27,280 bases of DNA from assembly GCA_029856365.1 (NCBI GenBank), contig JAHQWW010000041.1:1-27280 (forward strand), in the 5' to 3' direction. Positions 1-8,814 of the stretch are shown piece after piece. The notes below the pieces were generated by a model. It saw only the letters and a program-made list of their open reading frames with translations, ran no database searches and was not told the origin of the DNA. The position numbers and the translations under genes are program-made. The stretch's first letter is position 1; the number at the start of each line of letters is the position of its first letter. Source of the stretch: Candidatus Hodarchaeota archaeon (GTDB lineage: Archaea; Asgardarchaeota; Heimdallarchaeia; Hodarchaeales; Hodarchaeaceae).

Positions 1-5
1 ATTTT

Positions 6-21
6 TCTGTCTTCCTGCATC
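6..21. repeat. IS terminal inverted repeat (left end in window)
   Basis: TCTGTCTTCCTGCATC pairs imperfectly with 1351-1366. Confidence 0.7.
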
Positions 22-24
22 ACC

Positions 25-1263
25 TCAACGAAAAGTCACCTGTGGTAATATTTCATCGCGTACAATACGGAGAAATCTTTGAGCGATGAACTGGAAAGGA
101 TCTGATTGTTTAATGGGGATATATGACGGATTAATAAAAGTATCGCCAACTGATTCATGTAGACGAGCCGTGAATGTAGAATAAACAATCCACAAAACAT
201 CAAAAAGCACGGCAAGACCAAAAAGAAGAGATCGGAGCTGAGGGTTAGTACTGTTTGTGACAGCCTTAAAAGTACCAATACACCGAAATTCAGTCTCAAT
301 AATTCATCTTTTGCTGTACAACTTGATGACATATCGAGTAGAGACTTTACAATTAGTAACATACAGATACAAGGTATAACTCCAACGTCTAGCAGGATCA
401 CGATTATGTGACCTGACCCTGACAAAAGCTGCTACCAATGTGGTAGGTGTTCCTCGTTTTTTCAAAGTTATATACCTTACTTTGAAGGTGTTTAATCCAC
501 GCTTACGACACCATTGACCCAGCGCAAGCCTGTCCTCTAAGTCCACGTCAGAAAGAGTGGCGAGCTGTTCGACACACGCCCGAACCTCAGCGAGGGATGT
601 TTTCACCGATTTCACTCTCTTCGCTGCTATGACATATTCAAGGCCTCTGTCCTCCAGAAACTCAATAATTGGATCCTCACAGAACCAACGATCAAGATAG
701 ACCCTTTCTATGAGAAAACTTTTTGGGAGTATAAACCAGATCTTAGCTAGCAGGCCGACTTTATCACTATATTCAGTTTTCGTCACCAACTTCGTATAAA
801 TCGGACAACGAATCTTGTTGGTCGTTATTGAAGCTAAGAGGAAGCAAATACAATAGCTTGTCCCCTTCTTTCTCTTCATTCCAATGACCCAATCGGGAGA
901 AGGATCACCGTAATAGGGTTGTTGATGAAAGTCAATTGAAATGGTTAAGTGCGTATTTCTATGAAAATAAAGTCGTTAAACCTGTTCATTTATCCATCCA
1001 TTTATTAATTGGTCAATTTGATCCAATTCTAACTCATTGATTCGTTTTTGTGTGGTATCCGATGAGGGGTTCTTTTGTGACTCACAGAGGTCTTCCAAAG
1101 ATGTTCTTTGCAAACAGGCCTCACTAATAGTCTTGAGAATGTCTTCAGGTTGCCAAATACTTGTTGGATGATATTCCCCCACTATTTCTTTAGTTTGCAC
1201 TCCGTCACAAACTTTATAAATATCGCAGGTAATAGCTTGTTTGGTAGTTCTATTGAATTTCAT
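25..1263 (-). pseudogene. ISH3-family DDE transposase pseudogene with two in-frame stops
   Basis: ORFs 976-1263, 304-879 and 25-210 share one frame. Reading through TAA (976-978) gives ...INEQV*RLYFHRNTHLTISIDFHQQPYYGD... (ISH3-type IDxxxxPYYG). Then VYLDRWF, and YSKR*IIETEFR, where TGA (304-306) replaces the Trp of the Y-x-x-R-W-x-I-E motif. Confidence 0.85.
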
Positions 1264-1350
1264 TTAAGGTTGCCTCAAACCTCTAAATGAAGAACTACCA
1301 ACATAAATGTTTTCATTTATTGAAAAGAATTAAATTCACCCTCTCCCATA

Positions 1351-1366
1351 GTTACGGGAAGACTGA
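1351..1366. repeat. IS terminal inverted repeat (right end in window)
   Basis: GTTACGGGAAGACTGA; its reverse complement begins TCAGTCTTCC, with a CAG near the terminus as in ISH3-type elements. Confidence 0.7.
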
Positions 1367-1403
1367 ATTTTTGTTTATTTTTATAGTGAATAATTCTATG
1401 GAT

Positions 1404-2369
1404 CTATTGGCTTAAATTAAAGAAATCTTGAGAATTTTGCCAATAAAATCGTTCAAGTACGGATTGAGGAAGATTAAGTCCATTAATGAAAGTGGGAGGA
1501 TTAGGATTGTCCTCATCTGAAAAGGGCAGCTCAACTTTCTGAACATTGGTTTCCCAAAATAGGCGTTGCGCCCAGTAACGAGTAGGAATATAATCTTCTG
1601 GATGATCACCCCATCCTACGGACAAGTCAGTTGCAAAAAGAATTCTATCTTGGTAACGGATAATAAAATCACGAGTTTTTTGGGGATGCTTCCCCAGTTC
1701 ACGAATGATCCATTTAGTAGAAGCTGTATCAACATAGAAATTAGGAAATCTCTGGAAGAGGTCTTCCAGTTGGAGTAAATTATTAATTTCAGGTAGGCTA
1801 CCGAAATGAACACTTATGACCTTAAGTGATGGGTGTCTTTCAAGGACAGTATAAAAATCATTAATTGCTTGAGTTTTTGTTAGATAACGTTCAGAATCTT
1901 GATATTTTGTAGAGTACCAAATATCAGGATCAGCTACATGAATATCTAAAGGAAGACCGTATTCTTCAATTCGAGTAAAAACAGGTTCAAAGATAGGATC
2001 CGAAATAGAAACAAGCTTCTCAGTATTAAAGAAATCGATTTGTCTTGGACCAAACCAAGTTTTAGTAAGACTATAATTCAAGCTATGAGCTTCATCAACA
2101 GCTTCTATTATTGTTTCGGGTTTTTTTTCAGCAAATGCTTGCATAGGCAAGTAGTACGCAAATATAATTTCAGCAGCTTTTCCATTCTGTTCCAAAGTTT
2201 TCTTCACTTCAGGTTGAGCAATACCCATAAATCTTTTAACGCCATAAAGCTGACCCCACTTCTCTAGTTCATTAAACGCATCAGCATTCCAAATATGTAC
2301 ATGAGAATCGCAAATTTTTGTATTAGGTGGGACTAAACCAGCTAAGGGATCACTCAGATTAAATTTCAA
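1404..2369 (-). CDS. Amidohydrolase family protein (Amidohydro_2-type TIM barrel metallohydrolase)
   Basis: D-S-H-V-H metal motif near the N-terminus, IHVAD, VHFG, NFYVDTAS and DRILFATD motifs. TTG start with GAGG upstream. Confidence 0.85.
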   Translation of the reverse strand: MKFNLSDPLAGLVPPNTKICDSHVHIWNADAFNELEKWGQLYGVKRFMGIAQPEVKKTLEQNGKAAEIIFAYYLPMQAFAEKKPETIIEAVDEAHSLNYSLTKTWFGPRQIDFFNTEKLVSISDPIFEPVFTRIEEYGLPLDIHVADPDIWYSTKYQDSERYLTKTQAINDFYTVLERHPSLKVISVHFGSLPEINNLLQLEDLFQRFPNFYVDTASTKWIIRELGKHPQKTRDFIIRYQDRILFATDLSVGWGDHPEDYIPTRYWAQRLFWETNVQKVELPFSDEDNPNPPTFINGLNLPQSVLERFYWQNSQDFFNLSQ

Positions 2370-2532
2370 GAGAAAACCTCAAAAGTACATGCAAGAAGGA
2401 AATTTATTTGTTTGAATTTGGAGAATAAGTTAGAGAATAAGAAATTTCTATTTAGTGAAGAAAGAGAAATAAGAGAAAGTGTTTTTATTTAACGGAAAAA
2501 GTTAAGCTAGTGACCGCTTGGACAGTTAGCTC

Positions 2533-3255
2533 ATGCCCCAACTCGTTTACATCCCAATAAAAGCGATATTATTCGATTTTGATGGAACACTTGTTGATAC
2601 TAAGCAGTATTACTTTGGGATGTTAGCCCAATACCTACAGGTGGATCTTATTCGTGTGATCTCCAAAGCAGATGAGTTAACATTCTCTAAACTCACCTCA
2701 CAAGAAAGAAATGTTAAATGGAAAATAGTAAAGGCCCTGTATCAAGTTTCACGAGCTTTAGGATTTAGTCATATCAAATCTTTGAAAGCCATGCTTTTTG
2801 TTGGAAAAAATCAGTCAAAACATTTTTCATCAGCTCAACCAACAAAGGATGCGTTAACAGCTCTAAAGCGATTACATTCAACTGGTATTAAATTGGCTAT
2901 CGTAAGTGATTCACCAAGAAAAAAAATTGCCACATTTCTGGATAAACATCTCAAAGGCACAAATTTCTTCCCAGAAGACAGGATTTTAGCCTCAGGGGAA
3001 TTTACACATAAAGAGGAAGGATTTATCCATTTCCTTCGGAAATTCAATTTAACAAACACGCCTCGGAGTTGTGCGATGATAGGAGACTTAGGGGGGGATA
3101 TTATAGCAGGAAAAACTGTTGGAATTACAACATTTGCATTCGCAGCAGGTTATTCTGCTTCTGATATCTTACTTGCGAATAAACCAGACGCTATTTATGA
3201 AACACTACTTGAAATGGAGAGATCTGTCCATCTCTTTTTAGCTGAGGAGATATAG
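2533..3255 (+). CDS. HAD-superfamily hydrolase (phosphoglycolate phosphatase-like)
   Basis: Motif I FDFDGTLVDT, motif II IVS, motif IV MIGDLGGDI, and C-terminal PDAIY. Confidence 0.88.
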   Translation: MPQLVYIPIKAILFDFDGTLVDTKQYYFGMLAQYLQVDLIRVISKADELTFSKLTSQERNVKWKIVKALYQVSRALGFSHIKSLKAMLFVGKNQSKHFSSAQPTKDALTALKRLHSTGIKLAIVSDSPRKKIATFLDKHLKGTNFFPEDRILASGEFTHKEEGFIHFLRKFNLTNTPRSCAMIGDLGGDIIAGKTVGITTFAFAAGYSASDILLANKPDAIYETLLEMERSVHLFLAEEI

Positions 3256-3267
3256 CAGAATAAGCAG

Positions 3268-4782
3268 CTAGTTCTCAATCCATCCTTTAGCTTTTTTCAT
3301 TGCTTTATTCCAGTAATGTATCATTTCTTGTCTCCGTTTTTCATCCATATGGGGTTTAAAAACACAATCAACCACCCATTTTTCTCGTAATTCGTCAATA
3401 TTCTCCCAAAAGCCCACAGCAAGCCCAGCAGCATATACCGCTCCAAGAGCTGTAGTTTCTTCAATCTTAGGCCGAATACACTCTATGTTCAACAAATCAG
3501 CTTGGAATTGCATCAGTAGATTGTTCTTGGAGGCTCCCCCATCGACTCGTAAGCTTTGAAGTTTAATCCCACTATCAATCTCCATAGCACGAAAAACATC
3601 AAAAGATTGGAAAGCAATGGATTCCAATACCGCTCGAGTAATATGCCCATGGTTACTTCCCCTAGTAAGCCCAACTATAGTGCCACGAGCTGTGGTATCC
3701 CAATGTGGTGCAAATAGACCTACAAAAGCGGGAACAAAGTACACTCCCCCATTGTCAGCAACAGAAGCAGCTAAACTTTCTGATTCAGATGCAGAAGAGA
3801 AAAAGTGTAATTGATCTCGTAACCACTGTATTGCAGCTCCACTAATTGCAATACTACCCTCTAATGCGTAAATTGTTTCCTTTCCAATTCCGTAACCTAC
3901 AGTCGTGAGAAGTCCTGAATCGGAGTGTACAATCTTTTTCCCCGTATTTAATAAGAGGAAGTTTCCAGTTCCATAGGTATTCTTTGCATTTCCAGGATCA
4001 AAACATGTTTGGCCAAATAATGCTGCCTGTTGATCTCCTAGATCCCCAGAGATGGGGGGACCGTAATCCATTCCTTTCAAGACCATATAACCATACAGCT
4101 CGGGATCACTTGATGGTCTAATTGTTGGAAGCATTGATCTAGGAATGGATAACTGTTCTATCAATTCATCATCCCAATCAAGTGTTTTTAGATTCATCAA
4201 CATAGTTCGAGAAGCATTTGAAACATCGGTCACGTGTACGCCATTATTAGTTCCCCCTGTAAGATTCCAGATTAACCATGTATCAATATTGCCAAAAAGT
4301 AGCTCTCCTTTCTCGGCTTTTAAACGAGCTCCTGCTACATTGTCTAATAACCACCAAATTTTAGGACCAGAGAAATATGTAGCTATAACTAAACCAGCTC
4401 GTTCTTTGACAAGTGACTCTAAATCTTGTTTTTTGAGTTCCTCACAAATTTCAGCTGTCCGTACGCATTGCCAAACAACAGCATTGTGGATTGGTAGTCC
4501 AGTTTTACGATCCCAAACGACTGTTGTTTCACGCTGATTGGTCACACCGATTGCAGCTAAATCCTTAAGAGAAAGATGAATATTTTTGAGAGTCTCTCTA
4601 ATTATTGATTGAGTATCAGTCCAAATAGCTTGAGGATCATGCTCAACCCATCCAGGTTGTGGAAAAATCTGTTCGTGCTCCTTGTAATGAGACCCAACAA
4701 GTTTACTATTCTTATCAAATACCATAAATCGTGTACCAGTGGTTCCTTGGTCAATTGCACCAATATATTGTTCTTTCACCAT
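3268..4782 (-). CDS. glpK: Glycerol kinase
   Basis: AIDQGTTGTR, GWVEHDP, GVTNQRETT, YFSGPKIWW, GDQQAALFGQ, KNTYGTG, YALEGS and LRVDGGA motifs; 504 aa. Confidence 0.97.
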   Translation of the reverse strand: MVKEQYIGAIDQGTTGTRFMVFDKNSKLVGSHYKEHEQIFPQPGWVEHDPQAIWTDTQSIIRETLKNIHLSLKDLAAIGVTNQRETTVVWDRKTGLPIHNAVVWQCVRTAEICEELKKQDLESLVKERAGLVIATYFSGPKIWWLLDNVAGARLKAEKGELLFGNIDTWLIWNLTGGTNNGVHVTDVSNASRTMLMNLKTLDWDDELIEQLSIPRSMLPTIRPSSDPELYGYMVLKGMDYGPPISGDLGDQQAALFGQTCFDPGNAKNTYGTGNFLLLNTGKKIVHSDSGLLTTVGYGIGKETIYALEGSIAISGAAIQWLRDQLHFFSSASESESLAASVADNGGVYFVPAFVGLFAPHWDTTARGTIVGLTRGSNHGHITRAVLESIAFQSFDVFRAMEIDSGIKLQSLRVDGGASKNNLLMQFQADLLNIECIRPKIEETTALGAVYAAGLAVGFWENIDELREKWVVDCVFKPHMDEKRRQEMIHYWNKAMKKAKGWIEN

Positions 4783-4864
4783 TTTTTTACTCCTATGATA
4801 TGAAAAAGATGATTATTGACTTCTAAGACTCCAAAAATGACCTTCTACATATAGAACAGTCAAA

Positions 4865-5398
4865 TTAACTGTTATGTGAATGATTTAATACCTTGTTAAT
4901 GTGGTCTTTAATAATATTGAGGGGTGATATAGTTTCACGATTTTCCACTGGAATCATTCTGTAATTCCTGGCCTGTGGAAATCGGGTTAAGAATTCCTTC
5001 AAGATCATTTCTCTAACCACTAGGATATTTCCATGTTCGCGTGACAATACTGCATTAAGTACTGGAAAGTAACCACTCCCCTGAAGCTCCAAGGGGCCGA
5101 TTTCATCAATAAATAAATAATCAGTATCCAAGCTTGCTTGTACACTCCTGATAGTGCGCTCAAGATTCGCCTTATGAACACGAAAATGGCCTATTGGAAT
5201 AAATTCTTCAGTTTCATTGGCTTCAAATGGAATTTTAGCTTTATCAGCAATTAAATAGAACCATTTCTTATCATTCTGTAATGTGATTACTCCACCTTTT
5301 GATACAGGCAGTTGATCAAGATATTCTAACACCTGCCAAGATAAAGTGGATTTTCCTGCATCCTTTGGACCTGTGATAATGAAAGAATATCTAGCCAT
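4865..5398 (-). CDS. P-loop nucleoside triphosphatase (THEP1/NTPase_1-like)
   Basis: Walker A ITGPKDAGKST, followed by GGVIT and Walker B FIDEIGPLEL. Confidence 0.8.
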   Translation of the reverse strand: MARYSFIITGPKDAGKSTLSWQVLEYLDQLPVSKGGVITLQNDKKWFYLIADKAKIPFEANETEEFIPIGHFRVHKANLERTIRSVQASLDTDYLFIDEIGPLELQGSGYFPVLNAVLSREHGNILVVREMILKEFLTRFPQARNYRMIPVENRETISPLNIIKDHINKVLNHSHNS

Positions 5399-5611
5399 AA
5401 TTTCCAGACAATCCTAATCTGATTTACATAAATCAATAAATACATTATAACAAATAAATAAATTGTCGGAAAGGGAAAATTGAATGAAAAATGAAATCTT
5501 CGAGCGAGTAAAAAAAGCTCTATCTCAAAGATACACTGAAACTAGCACGTCTAAACAGAGTACACCCAAACTTATAAGGAAAATAAGGAAAAAAGTGAAA
5601 ATAGCGGGAGC

Positions 5612-6715
5612 TTACCCGACATCAGTTATACCATCCCCAGTTATTGCGAAAACAGTCTCATTTTCTGGAAGTAGTGGCGAATCAGCAATTCTGGCAATCC
5701 GTCGTTCACCTTTAGACTTTCGGAGATATACGCGAGTGTGACTAGCATGAGCAACAATATTCCCTCCGACAGGCGCAGTAGGGTCACCAAAGAACATATC
5801 AGGCTTTGAATGAACCTGATTAGTGACAATCACAGATAAGTTGCCAACCTCAGCAACCTTAAGAAGTGTATGGATGTGCTGGTTCAGCTTCTGTTGTCTA
5901 CTAGCAAGGGTTCCCCTTCCAACATATTCTGCGCGGAAATGTGAAATGAGAGAGTCCACAATAAGTAACCCAATCTTTTCTGTTTGACTATCCTTAGCAA
6001 TCTTCTCAGTCAAGACCATTTGATGGTCACTATTGTAAGCTCTGCCATGCATAATGTTTTTCAAAACTTGTTTTATATCTAGATCCCCTTCCCAGCGCTT
6101 ACTCATATCAAGGATTCGTTCAGGACGGAAAGTTCCTTCAGTATCGATATAAACCACCTTTATCGGATTTTTATCGTCGGTATTCAAACCACCCATCTCA
6201 CGAGGAAGTTGGGCTGTAATACAAAGTTGATGAGCAAGCTGGGTCTTACCAGTTCGGTATTCTCCATACAATTCTGTCATAGATCCAGTTTCTATTCCAC
6301 CTCCAAAGAGATCATCTAGCGATGCAGAACCCGTTGTAATTTTTAACATATTCCGACGGCGTTCTAGAACTTCCTCGGCCGTCGTGAACCCGAAGTCTAA
6401 AGCATCTCTTGCTGCTTGAATAATTTTTCGGGATGTTGCCTCACCCAGGTTCCCTACCGCGACTAATTCTCCAATGCTAACTGTCGCAAGAGATTCTAAA
6501 GTTCCAAAACCAGAATCTTGAAGTTTTTTCGCAGTAGCAGGCCCAATGCCTGGAAGATCGCCAATATCCTTTGATTTTAACACTTGGCTTTCTGAAACTG
6601 TCGAGTTTACTCCGTTATCATCTGGAGGTGATGAGATCATTTCTGATTCTCCAGAATTATTACTCTCTTTCCCCTTCTTTTTGCGCGTCGACGACTTTCG
6701 TTTTCGAGGAGGCAA
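5612..6715 (-). CDS. radA: DNA repair and recombination protein RadA (Rad51-like) with a basic N-terminal extension
   Basis: HhH domain LPGIGPATAKKL, FxxA motif GFTTA, Walker A GEYRTGKT, YIDTEGTFRPER, Walker B LLIVDS, R-x-EY-x-GRG-x-LA-x-RQQ and GGNIVAHAS. TTG start preceded by AAGGT. Confidence 0.96.
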   Translation of the reverse strand: MPPRKRKSSTRKKKGKESNNSGESEMISSPPDDNGVNSTVSESQVLKSKDIGDLPGIGPATAKKLQDSGFGTLESLATVSIGELVAVGNLGEATSRKIIQAARDALDFGFTTAEEVLERRRNMLKITTGSASLDDLFGGGIETGSMTELYGEYRTGKTQLAHQLCITAQLPREMGGLNTDDKNPIKVVYIDTEGTFRPERILDMSKRWEGDLDIKQVLKNIMHGRAYNSDHQMVLTEKIAKDSQTEKIGLLIVDSLISHFRAEYVGRGTLASRQQKLNQHIHTLLKVAEVGNLSVIVTNQVHSKPDMFFGDPTAPVGGNIVAHASHTRVYLRKSKGERRIARIADSPLLPENETVFAITGDGITDVG

Positions 6716-6868
6716 TATTTATCAAACCTTGATTATGTTCTATTATAGATAATCACAGATTGAGGATACTTTTAACTCAACAGAGTGTAGAATCAATATG
6801 ATATTGTGTTAATTTGTATAGTAAAAGTGTTATTAACGAAAATATCAATCCTTAGGAGATTTTACTAC

Positions 6869-7012
6869 CATGAGAGAGACTATTCAAAAAGTGGACATGA
6901 ATTCTAGCAATAATTGAGGGAGAATCTTAACGTTTACACAAACCTTTCATACTATGATAATGAAATAGCCTTTTCTATCCATTTTCGTCATTTTTGGTGG
7001 TCTCTCTCTATG
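6869..7012. repeat. Imperfect inverted repeat (~28-nt arms, ~90-nt spacer); possible MITE relic or structured RNA
   Basis: GAGAGAGAC (6872-6880) and GTCTCTCTC (7000-7008) form a perfect 9-bp inverted repeat. It extends inward (TATTCAAAAAGTGGAC vs GTCATTTTTGGTG) with G-T mismatches and bulges, and outward to CAT...ATG. Confidence 0.45.
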
Positions 7013-7066
7013 ACTTAACTCTTAGCTCAACGATACTCTGGATATGATTAATTCTTTCCTTTTATG

Positions 7067-7900
7067 CTAGTCTCGCCAAATAATGTGTGCAGGATTTCTA
7101 ATGGGAACCCTAGAATACTCATATGCAGGATAACCCATTGATAGAACCGCAAAAACCCCGTACTTTTCCGTTAAGATCCCTAACTCTTCTGCTATTTTTG
7201 GTCTTCGGCGGATTGCTTCAACAGCGTAGCCAATGTTTATTGTTCCCAAACCATTTGCTTGGGCTGCCAACATTAGATAAGCAATAGCGAAGCCAACATT
7301 AAGTGGGGCCATGGTGTCAGAACTAGGAGCATACACGACGATAATGACAGGTGGATCGTAAAAAAGAGCATCCCTCCCCTTCTCGGCTTCTGTCAACCAA
7401 TAACTCCACTTTCGAATACGTCGTAAAGTGGTAGGATCTTCTGATTGTGATGATTCGAAGATTTTCAACACGTTGGCATAAAAATTTCTCACGTCTGCAA
7501 CGAACGGAGGTATGGCTTGATTTTGAAGAACAAGATATTCAACATTCTGTAGATTGCTACCTGTTGGAGCATATCGTGCCTCAGATATGAGTTGTTCAAT
7601 TAAATCCCTATGGATTGTCTTTTCTTTGAAATTCCTAATTGATCGTCTTGTTTGAAATAATGCATATAGATCTTGAGGATTGATTTTTTGGGTTGTTATG
7701 ATCTCCCGAAATTGCGTGTAATCAAGTTTATCATGTCTGATGGCATTTTCAGGGCAAATGGCTATACAGTGACCGCATAATATGCAATACTCTTCAAACT
7801 CTACTCTTAGGATGTCTTGATCCATTTTAAAAATAAGTGAGGGACAAGTTTTAACACAATATCCACATCTAATACATAATTCTGGTATTATTTCAATCAT
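7067..7900 (-). CDS. Nitroreductase family protein with N-terminal 2x[4Fe-4S] ferredoxin domain
   Basis: CIRCGYCVKTCP and CILCGHCIAICP ferredoxin motifs; RRSIRNF, APTGSNLQ, LAAQANGLGT and MGYP nitroreductase motifs. Confidence 0.93.
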   Translation of the reverse strand: MIEIIPELCIRCGYCVKTCPSLIFKMDQDILRVEFEEYCILCGHCIAICPENAIRHDKLDYTQFREIITTQKINPQDLYALFQTRRSIRNFKEKTIHRDLIEQLISEARYAPTGSNLQNVEYLVLQNQAIPPFVADVRNFYANVLKIFESSQSEDPTTLRRIRKWSYWLTEAEKGRDALFYDPPVIIVVYAPSSDTMAPLNVGFAIAYLMLAAQANGLGTINIGYAVEAIRRRPKIAEELGILTEKYGVFAVLSMGYPAYEYSRVPIRNPAHIIWRD

Positions 7901-8099
7901 TTACGTCTTGACACTCCTAAAGACCAAGTAATTTCAATCTGATTCTCGTTTTATTTATAATTTTTTCCTAATAGAGCGAATAACGTTGTCTTCAGCTCAA
8001 TTTAGATTGAATATTATTTGAAATAAAGATTCAGGTTATCAGGATGGTATAACTCAATGTTTAAAACAATTAATTGTATTAATTTCACTAGTGTAAAAG

Positions 8100-8387
8100 A
8101 TGAATCTTCAATCCCATTTACTAAGAGATGATATCCCCGAGGATGTAAAGAGAGAAATTAAATTAGTAATTGTTGATCAAAGAAAAACAAATTTAGGGGT
8201 TATCTTTGACCAGTTCGTAAGTATTCCGACAGAATTTTCCGCCACTGACACATGGATCGGTTTGTACTTATATCGAAAAACGTTAGAAGCACATAAGGGG
8301 AAAATCACAGCCCAAAATAAAGAGCCTGGGCATGTTGCAACCTCTATCATTGAGCTCCCAGGGAAAAAACATTGGATGCTTCCATAG
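8100..8387 (+). pseudogene. Truncated, degenerate sensor histidine kinase (C-terminal HATPase_c fragment)
   Basis: IFDQF (F box), DTWIGLYL (decayed G2 box, normally GTGLGL), EAHKGKITA and IIELP. No H-box, N-box or G1 box; only 95 aa. Confidence 0.65.
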
Positions 8388-8814
8388 CTATCTTTTGAAC
8401 ATAGATTCAAGGTTCTTCTAAAATTTGGGTGTTTCTTTCTGATTATAAAATTGAATTGTATTCATTTTCAATGAACACTCCCGCTCTAGTATTTTAAGAA
8501 ATAAAGAAAATAATGATCTCTAAAGCTATAACGAGAGCGATTTTAATTATTAATTTATGATTACTCTAGCAGAACTATACTAAAACACGAATCTCAACCT
8601 TATTGTTCTGATTTTTCTTATTAATCTTATCTCTTCCTAAAAATTTTGCAAAAATATGAATGTGATAGTAAAAAAACGTCCACCAAGATGATAAACAGCC
8701 ACTATTACTTGGAAATTGGTCTCCTTAACGTTTAAAGAATCCCAATGTATTTCTAGAACAAGTGAGGAAATAAAACGAAAGTGAAGTAACTTATCCGACA
8801 AAAATGTGAATTAA

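Larger units (their letters stand above)
6..1366 (-). mobile_element. ISH3-family insertion sequence (~1.36 kb), inactivated copy
   Basis: Imperfect terminal inverted repeats: TCTGTCTTCCTGCA at 6-19 versus the reverse complement of 1353-1366, TCAGTCTTCCCGTA. Direct repeat ATTTT flanks both ends (1-5 and 1367-1371). Encloses a single DDE transposase reading frame. Confidence 0.8.

Noticed and set aside
304-978. Stop-codon reassignment or programmed readthrough in the transposase
   Set aside because: Two different stops (TAA and TGA) interrupt the frame, and TGA terminates normal genes in this window (hypE, menA, pit). Ordinary nonsense mutation is the simpler explanation.
5484-5741. 85-aa plus-strand ORF overlapping the radA 3' end
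   Set aside because: Half of it is antisense to radA and it has no recognisable motif; probably spurious.
8388-8814. Replication origin (oriC) in the AT-rich gap upstream of cdc6
   Set aside because: No repeated ORB boxes or G-strings are visible; there is only one weak CTTGGAAAT half-match near 8708. AT-richness alone is uninformative in this genome. An origin is not excluded, just unsupported.
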